NCBI GenBank assembly: GCA_963714155.1
Contig: OY970236.1
Coordinates: 1,028,028-1,092,027, forward strand
DNA: 64,000 nucleotides
Direction of reading: 5' to 3'
Source: an uncultured Solirubrobacterales bacterium
Lineage (GTDB): Bacteria; Actinomycetota; Thermoleophilia; Solirubrobacterales; 70-9
This document shows positions 9,473 to 17,380 of this stretch, one piece after another; position 1 is the stretch's first letter, and every line of letters begins with the position of its first letter. The notes below the pieces were generated by a model, which did no database searches, was not told the origin of the DNA, and worked only from the letters and a program-made list of their open reading frames with translations. Position numbers and translations under genes: made by a program.

Positions 9473-12006
9473 GCTCGATCGCGGCGTGGGCTGTCCGCCA
9501 CGCGCGGGCGGTCCTTGCGGTCTCGGCGGTACTCGCGATCGCGGCGGCGTTTGCCGCGACCCAGCTTTCCACCGACGCCGGCACCGACACCCTCCTCGAC
9601 CGCGACAGCGAGAGCTATCGCGCCACCGAACGGGTGCGTGAAGTCTTCGGCGAAGAACCGGTGGTCGTGGTTGCCGAGGGCGACCTGCAGGAACTGATCC
9701 TCACGCCCAACCTCGGTCGCTTGCTGCGGCTCGAGGGCTGTCTCTCGGGCAAGGTGCCGAAAGGCGCCAAGCCGATTCCCGGGCCCTGCGCCGAGCTGGC
9801 GCAGCTGCACCCGGTGCAGTTCCTCGCCGGGCCCGGCACCTTCCTCAACGAGGCGGTGATCCAGATCGACCGCCAGCTGCAGCGGCTCGCTGCCAGCGTG
9901 CCGCCCGCCCAGTTGCGTGAATTCCTGCTCCAGGTAGCTGCTCGCTACGGCATCACCAGCGTGCCCAGCATCAGCAACCCGGATTTCCTCGCCTCGGTTG
10001 TCTTTGACCTGCGCCGTGGTCGCGGCACGCCGAAGGCGCGCTTGGCCTACCTCTTTCCCAACAACCACTCGACCCAGATCGTTCTGCGCCTGCGGCCCGA
10101 TCTCAGTGATGGCGAACGCACTCGCGCGTTGGAGCTGATCCGGGAAGCGGTTGACGACACGACCCCGCGTCAGGCCTGTACCTACAAGGGGCAGCCGGAG
10201 GCCTGCTTCGGCTTGCACGGAGCCGGCACCTACACCGTCAGCGGCGCACCGATCGTGATCGAAGGGATCACGGGGGCGCTGAAGCGGGCGCTGCTGATCC
10301 TCTTCGCCGTCGCGATCCTGGTCATGGGGCTGACGCTGCTGCTGGTCTTCCGCTCACGCTGGCGTCTGCTGCCGCTGGCGATCGCGTTGGCGACGGTGGC
10401 GCTGGTCTTCGGTCTGCTCGATCTCGTCGGCGGCTCGCTGACGATCGCCTCGATCGCGACGATGCCGATCCTGATCGGGCTGGTCGTTGACTACGCGATT
10501 CAGTTGCAGGCGCGCTATGACGAGGCATTCGTTGCCGGCGTCAGCCCGACGGATGCGGCCCGTACCGCAGCTGGCCGGGCCGGGCCGACAATCGCCACCG
10601 CTTGCCTGGCGACGGCGGCGGGCTTTCTGGCTCTCCTGTTGTCGCCGATTCCGATGGTCCAGGACTTCGGCCTCCTGCTCGTCGTCGGGATCGCGATCGG
10701 CTTGGGTCTCGCGCTCACGGTTGGCTTTGCGGCTCTCGGCCTTCGACCTCGGATGGAAGCAGGGGGTGCCCCTCCGCTTGCTGGGTTTTTCGCCACAGCG
10801 TTTCCGGCACTAGTGGAGTGGGCAGGGCGAAAAAGAGGACGCCGCGCGCATCCGGGGCACCCCCTGCCCCCATCTGAGCGCATCCTGGGACTCGCCCTCG
10901 GTCATCCGCGGCGGGTGTTGGCGATTGGCGGAGCGCTGGCGGTGCTGGGCTGGGGGCTTGGCACCCAGATCGAGACCGTGTCCGATATCCGCTCGCTGGC
11001 GCCGCAGGGGTTGCGGGAGATCGAGGATTTGGATCAGGTGCAGGAGGCGACGGGGGTGTCGGGGCAGTTGCAGGTTGGTGTTGAAGCTGAGGATCTCTCG
11101 GATCCGGCGACTATTCGGTGGATGGCGGACTTCAAGCAGCGGGTGCTGCGGGAGAACGGGTTTACGGAGCCGCGGCCGAGCTGTCTGGAGGCGGAAATCT
11201 GCCCTGGGCCGGCGCTCTCGGACTTCCTCGTCAGCGGTAAGGGGGAGGAGCAGCTGAGCCAGCGCGACGTTCGCGCGACGTTGCGGGAACTGCCTGCTTA
11301 CTCGCTCGCGCAGCTGGCGCCGGTCGATCCGCAGACCGGGTTGCCGGGACACTTGGCCCTGCTGAGCTTCGGCATTCGGTCGCAGTCGCTGGAGCGACAG
11401 CAGGCGCTGATCGAGCGGGTGCGTTCGGAGGTGGGGGAGTCCGGCTCACCGGGTGGGCCGCCGGCGGGAGTGAAGGTGCGCTTTGCCGGGCTGCCGGTGA
11501 TCGCCGCCGCCGCGGCCGCTGACCTCTCGAGCAGCCGTTACTGGCTGACGCTGGCCGGGCTCGTCGCGGTGGCCTTGGTGTTGCTCCTCGCTTACCGCTC
11601 GTGGCGCCGGGCGCTGATACCGCTGATTCCGGTGCTGCTCGCTACCGGCTGGTCCTCGTTGGTCCTCTGGCTCAGCCAGATCCCGCTCAACCCGATGTCG
11701 GCGGCGCTGGGGGCGCTGACGATCGCGATCGCAACCGAGTTCAGCGTCATCCTCTCGGCTCGATTCCGCGAGGAGCGGGGCGGGGGCTCGGACGTCGCCG
11801 AGGCGATCCGGGCCGCTTACGCCCGCACCGGCCCCGCCGTTTTCGCCTCAGCGGTGACGGTCATCGCCGGCTTTGCCGTCCTGATCGTCAGTGATGTCGG
11901 CATGTTGCGGGACTTTGGCTTCGTCACCGTGATCGACCTCGCTGTGGCGCTGCTCGGCGTAATGATTGCCTTGCCCGCCGCGCTCGTCTGGCTGGAGCAG
12001 CGGTGA
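9469..12006 (+). CDS. RND-superfamily / MMPL-type exporter (COG1033-like, two 6-TM bundles with two large extracytoplasmic domains)
   Basis: 845 aa. An N-terminal TM segment is followed by a soluble domain of about 250 aa, then a TM bundle (LILFAVAILVMGLTLLLVFRSRWRLLPLAIAL...). A second soluble domain and a second TM bundle (LLAYRSWRRALIPLIPVLLATGWS...) follow. The TTG start overlaps the mlaF stop (TTGA). Confidence 0.8.
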   Translation: MSSIAAWAVRHARAVLAVSAVLAIAAAFAATQLSTDAGTDTLLDRDSESYRATERVREVFGEEPVVVVAEGDLQELILTPNLGRLLRLEGCLSGKVPKGAKPIPGPCAELAQLHPVQFLAGPGTFLNEAVIQIDRQLQRLAASVPPAQLREFLLQVAARYGITSVPSISNPDFLASVVFDLRRGRGTPKARLAYLFPNNHSTQIVLRLRPDLSDGERTRALELIREAVDDTTPRQACTYKGQPEACFGLHGAGTYTVSGAPIVIEGITGALKRALLILFAVAILVMGLTLLLVFRSRWRLLPLAIALATVALVFGLLDLVGGSLTIASIATMPILIGLVVDYAIQLQARYDEAFVAGVSPTDAARTAAGRAGPTIATACLATAAGFLALLLSPIPMVQDFGLLLVVGIAIGLGLALTVGFAALGLRPRMEAGGAPPLAGFFATAFPALVEWAGRKRGRRAHPGHPLPPSERILGLALGHPRRVLAIGGALAVLGWGLGTQIETVSDIRSLAPQGLREIEDLDQVQEATGVSGQLQVGVEAEDLSDPATIRWMADFKQRVLRENGFTEPRPSCLEAEICPGPALSDFLVSGKGEEQLSQRDVRATLRELPAYSLAQLAPVDPQTGLPGHLALLSFGIRSQSLERQQALIERVRSEVGESGSPGGPPAGVKVRFAGLPVIAAAAAADLSSSRYWLTLAGLVAVALVLLLAYRSWRRALIPLIPVLLATGWSSLVLWLSQIPLNPMSAALGALTIAIATEFSVILSARFREERGGGSDVAEAIRAAYARTGPAVFASAVTVIAGFAVLIVSDVGMLRDFGFVTVIDLAVALLGVMIALPAALVWLEQR

Positions 12007-12662
12007 GGGATCGTTACTCGCTCGTCGTCGGCTTGATCTTTGCCGCCGTGATCTTGATCGCGGTGATCAACACGCTGGGGGACAAGGACGAAGGCATCCT
12101 CGGGCTCGACAAGCTGGAGAGCCGCTGGGCTCTGCCCGAGTTCGCCGTCCCCCGCGCCAACGGGTCGCTTGAAGGGGATGCGAACCTTGCCCAGGACGAT
12201 TGCGAAACCTCTCAGACGCCCTGCCCCAAGTCCGCGCAGCGCGAGCCCGCCTGCCGGATCTCGACCCCCGGCGCGCTGCGCGTCTGTGATTACTTCGCGC
12301 GACCGCTGGTGATCTCGTTCTGGTTCTCGCGCGGCGGTAGCAACTGCAGCGAACAGCAGGAGGTGGTTGATCAGGTCTATCGGCGTTACCGTGGGCGGGT
12401 GAACTTCTTCTCCCTCGATATTCGCGACGATCGCGACACCGTCCGTGAGCTGATCGATCGCAACGGCTGGGAGATGCCAGTCGGCTATGACCATGATGGG
12501 GCGGTCGCCGGCCTCTACAGGGTGGGTGGCTGCCCGACCTTCGCCTACGTGTACCCCGGTGGCACCCTGTGGGACGCGACGGTTGGTGAGTTGACCGCAC
12601 GTCAGCTGGAAGCCCGCAGCGACGATCTCTTGCGGGCCACCCGCGAGGCGGAGGTCGGCTGA
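12003..12662 (+). CDS. Membrane-anchored TlpA/ResA-like thioredoxin-fold protein with a degenerate active site
   Basis: N-terminal TM segment LVVGLIFAAVILIAVI. The thioredoxin-fold core is RPLVISFWFSRGGSNCSEQ...GGCPTFAYVYPGG. The usual WCxxC position reads RGGSNC, so only one Cys is retained. The GTG start overlaps the upstream stop (GTGA). Confidence 0.55.
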   Translation: MRDRYSLVVGLIFAAVILIAVINTLGDKDEGILGLDKLESRWALPEFAVPRANGSLEGDANLAQDDCETSQTPCPKSAQREPACRISTPGALRVCDYFARPLVISFWFSRGGSNCSEQQEVVDQVYRRYRGRVNFFSLDIRDDRDTVRELIDRNGWEMPVGYDHDGAVAGLYRVGGCPTFAYVYPGGTLWDATVGELTARQLEARSDDLLRATREAEVG

Positions 12663-13334
12663 GTGGCTCAGTCGGGGGCCGCCGGGTCTGATCTTGGTTG
12701 GGAGCCGGCCCCTAAGCAGGGTTGGGTAGCACCCCGGATTGCCGCTGAGTTTCCCGGCCTGGGCATCGCCTGGGTCGAGCTCGATGGCAAGCAGTCGCGC
12801 AGCCCCGAGCCGGTGCGGCGTCGCCTGCGCGACCTCTCCGATCGCTTCTATGGCTCGCACGCGATTCATCTGCGCGAGCGACCGATTCCCTGGGCCTACC
12901 GTGTCTTCTTCCGTCAGATCGGTCTCGACCCCGATCAAACCCGCACTCCGATCGAGCAGCTTGCGCTCGATCGCCTGCACGACGGCGCCTTTGTCAGCCA
13001 CGGCCTGCCCGTCGATGCGCTCACGATTGCCACGATTGAGACCGGCGTCGCCCTGCGTGTCTTCGACATGTCTCGGATTCAGGGCGAGCTCTGCATTCGT
13101 GACTCGGCACCCGGTGAGTCGCTGCCGGGCAAGCCGGCCAAGCTGGCCCAGGGCACGCTGACGATCGCCGATGGTCGAGTGCCGCTGGCCTTGCTCTTCG
13201 GCGGGCCGGCGAGTGACCGTGAGATCGATACGGATGCGAATCGCATCGCGATCGTCGCGGTGCAGGTGAAGGGCGTACCGCAGGCAGCGGTCGATGAGGC
13301 GCTCTGGATCGCCAGCGCGGCGATCCAGGCCTGA
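12663..13334 (+). CDS. B3/B4 tRNA-binding-domain family protein (PheT B3_4-like stand-alone protein)
   Basis: 223 aa. The pattern FPGLGIAWVEL...PWAYRVFFRQIGLDPDQTRTPIEQLALDRL...LPVDALTIATIETGVALRVFD matches my memory of the stand-alone B3_4 family. The GTG start abuts the upstream stop. Confidence 0.6.
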   Translation: MAQSGAAGSDLGWEPAPKQGWVAPRIAAEFPGLGIAWVELDGKQSRSPEPVRRRLRDLSDRFYGSHAIHLRERPIPWAYRVFFRQIGLDPDQTRTPIEQLALDRLHDGAFVSHGLPVDALTIATIETGVALRVFDMSRIQGELCIRDSAPGESLPGKPAKLAQGTLTIADGRVPLALLFGGPASDREIDTDANRIAIVAVQVKGVPQAAVDEALWIASAAIQA

Positions 13335-13353
13335 TCGTGCGTTTTCGCATTCC

Positions 13354-13365
13354 TTAACCGGTTAA
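13354..13365. promoter_or_regulatory. 12-bp perfect palindrome TTAACCGGTTAA in an A/T-richer spacer upstream of the 13411 ORF
   Basis: Read directly at 13354-13365. The surrounding 13335-13410 is clearly less G+C-rich than the flanking coding DNA. Function is not established. Confidence 0.35.
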
Positions 13366-13410
13366 TCGTTTTCGGCGGCGGCAGGGTGATTTACACTCGA
13401 TTTGGGTCTT

Positions 13411-13905
13411 ATGCCGGGTCTACTCGATCGAGACACGCTGACGACGCTTCGAGTGGGAGGCGACGAGCGCCTCGCGCGTGCGGAGCTGCGCCGCCAGATC
13501 GGCCGCCTCGAGCACGAGCTTTCCCGCCTCTGCGCCGAGGCCTTTCCCCGACTCCCCTTGAACACCGCGATTCCCGCCGGCTTTGCGGAACCGCGGATTG
13601 CGGGGCTCGAGGAGCTCGAGCGAGTTCGCGATGCGCTTTCCGATCGCGTTGGCCAGGCGCGTCACGCCTTGCGCGAACAGGACGAGCTGGAGACCCGTAA
13701 TCGCGATCTGCTCGAGCAGATGCTGACGGCGCCCGCTGATCACAAGTGGGTGCGGATCTCGCGCGCCGATGTCGGTGAGCCCGGCTGTGGCCATTGGCAC
13801 TCGAGGCCGCGCCTCGGGCCGCTGGGGATGCTGATGGGCTGGTGGCGCGTCAAGGTCTCCTCCGGATGTCCGTTATCCGGACGGCTTGCGGCCGTTGAGC
13901 GATAA
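13411..13905 (+). CDS. Hypothetical coiled-coil protein with a C-terminal Cys/His/Trp-rich motif
   Basis: The track ORF starts at TTG 13402; ATG 13411 (MPGLLDRD...) is more likely. The central part is Arg/Glu/Leu-rich and helical. The C-terminus reads GCGHWHSRPRLGPLGMLMGWWRVKVSSGCP. No family recognised. Confidence 0.45.
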   Translation: MPGLLDRDTLTTLRVGGDERLARAELRRQIGRLEHELSRLCAEAFPRLPLNTAIPAGFAEPRIAGLEELERVRDALSDRVGQARHALREQDELETRNRDLLEQMLTAPADHKWVRISRADVGEPGCGHWHSRPRLGPLGMLMGWWRVKVSSGCPLSGRLAAVER

Positions 13906-14296
13906 ACCGGGCGCAGAGGAGCGACCGCCGGCGCCCTGGGGCAATTTTCCGCTGGCCGAGCTGACCGTGCTCGCCGGCATCGTGATGCTGGTGATCGGCC
14001 TCATCGGCGCCAACCCGACCGCGATCGGCGTCGGCGTCGTCTTGGCCGGGCTGGGTGGCCTGGAGGTCTCCGTGCGCGAGCACTTCGCCGGCTACCGCTC
14101 GCACACGACTCTGCTGGCCGGCACGGTCTTCGTCCTCGTCACCGGCGGTCTCTTCTACCTCGGCAACCTGATCCTGGCGGTCTGCCTGGCGGTCGGCGCA
14201 GTTGCCTTCCTCGCTGCTTTCCTGGCCCTGAGGCGCGCCTTTCAGCGCGCCTCAGGCGGACTTTCTTTCAAGGTTGGCCGCTTGGGCGGCGGCTGA
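13886..14296 (+). CDS. Small integral membrane protein (about 4 TM), unknown function
   Basis: 136-aa ORF overlapping the upstream ORF by 20 nt. It has hydrophobic segments (LTVLAGIVMLVIGLIG, IGVGVVLAGLGGL, LLAGTVFVLVTGGLFYLG, LAVCLAVGAVAFLAAFLAL) and high third-position GC. Confidence 0.5.
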   Translation: MRPLSDKPGAEERPPAPWGNFPLAELTVLAGIVMLVIGLIGANPTAIGVGVVLAGLGGLEVSVREHFAGYRSHTTLLAGTVFVLVTGGLFYLGNLILAVCLAVGAVAFLAAFLALRRAFQRASGGLSFKVGRLGGG

Positions 14297-14305
14297 CCCG
14301 GCTCG

Positions 14306-14686
14306 TCAGACCAGAATCTCCTCGCGTGAGCCCAGTTCGGCGGAGAGCAGGCTGCGCTGGCGCGAGGTGAGCGTGCCGAGCTTCTTGTTCTCGTTGAGCG
14401 CGAGCCCGATCAGGAACTTGCGGGCGCGGGTGCGACCCCAGCGGCGTTGGCTGGTCAGCAGCTCGGCCAGGGTCATGCTCTCGGTCTCCCAGGGGCAGTC
14501 CCGCACAACGTCTGCCGCGTCGACATCACCTCGTGCGATTGAGCGCTTCAGCTCTGCCCTCGCAAGTCGTACTCGGTTGGCGCGTGCGAGCGCCTGCATG
14601 TGTTGCGGGGCCTGAATTACGGAAGCGGTCGTCTGAGCAGGGGCGATTGAAGCAGCGTCCACTGGGACTCCTCCCTTCGGGGTCAT
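14306..14686 (-). CDS. Integration host factor MihF-like small DNA-binding protein (actinobacterial mIHF/sIHF family)
   Basis: The C-terminal 95 or so residues (ANRVRLARAELKRSIARGDVD...MTLAELLTSQRRWGRTRARKFLIGLALNENKKLGTLTSRQRSLL) align by eye with mycobacterial mIHF (RARAELK...MKVSALLEALPKVGKVKAQEIM...RRLRGLGDRQRKALL). I chose the ATG at 14686; the track ORF extends to 14794. Confidence 0.55.
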   Translation of the reverse strand: MTPKGGVPVDAASIAPAQTTASVIQAPQHMQALARANRVRLARAELKRSIARGDVDAADVVRDCPWETESMTLAELLTSQRRWGRTRARKFLIGLALNENKKLGTLTSRQRSLLSAELGSREEILV

Positions 14687-14914
14687 TGACTGGTAGCTCT
14701 GCGCACCGAACCGGAGGGGCGAACCTCGGCCTGGCTGAGTTGAGTGCTCCACCATTCGCGTCCCTGCCCCGGGATGCGATCGGCGCGTGGCCAAGCTATG
14801 GCTTCTGGGTGGCGAGCGTCAACCCCGTCGGATGGAAAGTCGCCCCAGGCCTGTCGCTAAGAGCACCTTTTTCGTGACCACCCCGGGCCTACCCGGTTTC
14901 AGCCAGGCCCGAAA

Positions 14915-16174
14915 CTACCCCGAGCGGGGTAGTTCGGGAAAGTCTTCGATCACTCTGGCAATCGTTCCCAATGCGCCGTCGAGGTGCTCGCGCTCGTGGG
15001 TCGCCATCAAGCTGGTGCGCAGCAGGGCGCCGCCGGGAGGGACGGCCGGGTGAATCGCGACATTGGTGTAGACCCCGGCGTCGAAGAGCGCCTTCCAGAG
15101 CAGAACCGCCTGCCAGTCGTCGCCGACGATGACCGGCACCACCGGCGTCGTCGCCACGGTTCCGTCGGGCAGCGTTCCCGGCTCGATCACCTTCAGGCCC
15201 AGGTGGCGCAGGCCCTCACGCAGGTACTCGGCGTTGGCGAGCAGTCTCTCGAAGAGCTTGGGCCCGTCGCTGCGAATCACCCGCAGCGCCTCCAGGGCGG
15301 CGCCGACCGCTGCCGGCACCGCCGAAGCACTGAAGACGAAGGAGCGCGAGGAGATGCGCAGGTACTCGATCACGTCGGCCGGGCCGGCGACGAAACCGCC
15401 GCAGGAGGCGAGGCTCTTGGAGAAGGTCCCCATGCGCAGATCGACCTCGTCCTCGAGCCCGAAGAGCTCGCAGGCACCGGCGCCGCGGGCGCCGAGGACA
15501 CCGGCGCCGTGCGCCTCGTCGACCATCAGCCGCGCCCCGTAGCCCTTGCAGAGCTCGACGATGCGGGGCAGGTCGCAGACGTCGCCCTCCATCGAGAAGA
15601 CGCCGTCGACGACGACCAGCACGCCGCCACCGTCCTCCGCGGCGCGCTGCAGCATCTTCTCCAGCTTGTCCATGCGGTTGTGGCGGAAGGGCCGCAGCTT
15701 GGCGCCGGAGAGGCGGCAGCCATCGAGGATCGAGGCGTGATCACCGGAGTCGACGATCACCGTGTCGCCCGGCTCGAGGATCGTGCCGATCGTGCCCAGG
15801 TTCGACTGGTAGCCAGTCGAGAAGACGATCGCGTCCTCAGCCCGCATCCACTCGGCCAGCTCGCTCTCCAGGGCCACGTGCAGCGGCGTCGTGCCGTTGA
15901 GCAGGCGCGAGCCGGTGACGCCGGTGCCGTAGGTCTCCAGCGCATCGCGCGCCGCCTGCTTGACCCGCTCATCGCCGGTCAGCCCGAGGTAGTTGTTGGA
16001 GCCGAGCATGATCGTCTCGCGGCCCTCCATCTCGACCACCGGGCCGGCCTGCGAGGTGAGCAGGCGGAAGTAGGGGAGGAGGTCGTGCTGCTTGGCCGCT
16101 TCCAGCTGCTCGAGGCGGTCGTGGTTGCGCGCCTTCTCGAAAACGTCGACGGGGACCTTCGCTGTCTCGCTCAT
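14915..16174 (-). CDS. PLP-dependent alpha-oxoamine synthase, serine palmitoyltransferase-like
   Basis: 419 aa with the PLP-lysine motif GTFSKSLASCGGFV. GSNNYLGL, GVTGSRLLNGT, AIVFSTGYQSNLG, DHASILDGC, FRHN and VDEAHGAG resemble Sphingomonas SPT (GSRMLNGT, FSTGYMANLG, RHN, GTFSKS) more than E. coli Kbl or BioF, from memory. Confidence 0.85.
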   Translation of the reverse strand: MSETAKVPVDVFEKARNHDRLEQLEAAKQHDLLPYFRLLTSQAGPVVEMEGRETIMLGSNNYLGLTGDERVKQAARDALETYGTGVTGSRLLNGTTPLHVALESELAEWMRAEDAIVFSTGYQSNLGTIGTILEPGDTVIVDSGDHASILDGCRLSGAKLRPFRHNRMDKLEKMLQRAAEDGGGVLVVVDGVFSMEGDVCDLPRIVELCKGYGARLMVDEAHGAGVLGARGAGACELFGLEDEVDLRMGTFSKSLASCGGFVAGPADVIEYLRISSRSFVFSASAVPAAVGAALEALRVIRSDGPKLFERLLANAEYLREGLRHLGLKVIEPGTLPDGTVATTPVVPVIVGDDWQAVLLWKALFDAGVYTNVAIHPAVPPGGALLRTSLMATHEREHLDGALGTIARVIEDFPELPRSG

Positions 16175-16199
16175 GGCCAGAGTGTAGGTTCAGGGCCCC

Positions 16200-17342
16200 G
16201 TGGCAAGCGTGTCAATTCGGCCGGTCCGCAGCAAGCGCGAGCTGAAGCGCTTCGTCAAGGTGCCCTTCCGTTTGCACCGCGACCACCCGCAGTGGGTCGC
16301 ACCACTGATCTTCGAGCGCATGGAGTTCCTCAACCGCGAGAAGAACCCCTTCTTCGAGCACGCCGAGGCGGAGTACTTCATCGCCGAACGCGACGGTGAG
16401 CCAGTTGGCCGGATCAGCGCCCAGGTCGACCGGAACTGGGACGAGACCCAGGGCGGCAGCGATGCGATGTTCGGTTTCTTCGAGACTGACGAGGATCAGG
16501 CGGTCGCCGCGGCGCTGCTCGAGGCGGCCAGCGAGTGGGCTCGCGACAAGGGCCGCAGCCGCGTGCTCGGTCCGATGGACTTCACCACCAACGACGAGAT
16601 CGGTGTACTGATCGAGGGCTACGAGCTGCGGCCGATGATCCTCGAGAACTGGCACCCACCGTTCTACAAGGAGCTGATCGAGGCCGAGGGCTTCGGCAAG
16701 GCGATGGACCTGCTGATGTGGGAACTGCAGTTCGGCGACCTCAAGCAGGGCGAGAGCTTTGATCCGGCGATACACGCTGCCGCCGAGAAGGCCCTGGGTG
16801 ACGAAGGGGTTGTGATCCGCAACATCAGCCTCGGCAACCTGCCGGCCGAGATGCGCGCCTTCAGCGAGGTCTACAACGAGGCCTGGGGCAGCAACTGGGG
16901 CTTCGTCCCGGCTACCGATGCCGAGATCGAGTTCCACGCCAAACTGCTCAAGCAGGTCCTCGATGAGGACTGGGCCTACATCGCCGAGAAGGATGGCGAG
17001 CCGGTTGGCGCCGCCCTCACCCTGCCCGACATCAACCAGGCACTGGCGAGGCTGAACGGTCGTCTGCTCCCCTTCGGCTGGCTCAAGTTCCTGCTCGCCA
17101 AGCGCAAGATCGATCAGCTGCGAGTCTTGGCGCTCGGCGTCAAGCACGAGTATCGCCACAGCGGTGTTGCCGCCGGTCTCTACCTCAAGCACCTCGAGAC
17201 CGCCGCCGGGCCGGGCCTGATCGAAGGCGGCGAGATGGGCTGGATCCTCGAGACCAACGAGGCGATGAACCGGGCGATGGAGGGCATGGGCGGCAAGGTG
17301 GTCAAGAAGTACCGCGTCTACGAGAAGTCCCTGAACGCCTGA
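16200..17342 (+). CDS. Large (380 aa) GNAT-superfamily N-acyltransferase-like protein
   Basis: The C-terminal half carries an acyl-CoA-binding-type motif LALGVKHEYRHSGVAAGLYLKHLE (R/Q-x-x-G-x-A). The N-terminus IRPVRSKRELKRFVKVPFRLHRDHPQWVAPL is typical of a widespread uncharacterised GNAT family. The start is GTG 16200 or GTG 16209. Confidence 0.6.
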   Translation: MASVSIRPVRSKRELKRFVKVPFRLHRDHPQWVAPLIFERMEFLNREKNPFFEHAEAEYFIAERDGEPVGRISAQVDRNWDETQGGSDAMFGFFETDEDQAVAAALLEAASEWARDKGRSRVLGPMDFTTNDEIGVLIEGYELRPMILENWHPPFYKELIEAEGFGKAMDLLMWELQFGDLKQGESFDPAIHAAAEKALGDEGVVIRNISLGNLPAEMRAFSEVYNEAWGSNWGFVPATDAEIEFHAKLLKQVLDEDWAYIAEKDGEPVGAALTLPDINQALARLNGRLLPFGWLKFLLAKRKIDQLRVLALGVKHEYRHSGVAAGLYLKHLETAAGPGLIEGGEMGWILETNEAMNRAMEGMGGKVVKKYRVYEKSLNA

Positions 17343-17380
17343 GCCGGCTCGGTTCTGCGCAAGGTGCGGGGTCCTCGCGA

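Noticed and set aside
14984-16399. 471-aa + strand ORF opposite the SPT-like gene
   Set aside because: It is an antisense artefact. Its composition is Arg/Ala/Gly/Asp-rich with no motifs, and the opposite strand encodes a complete PLP enzyme.
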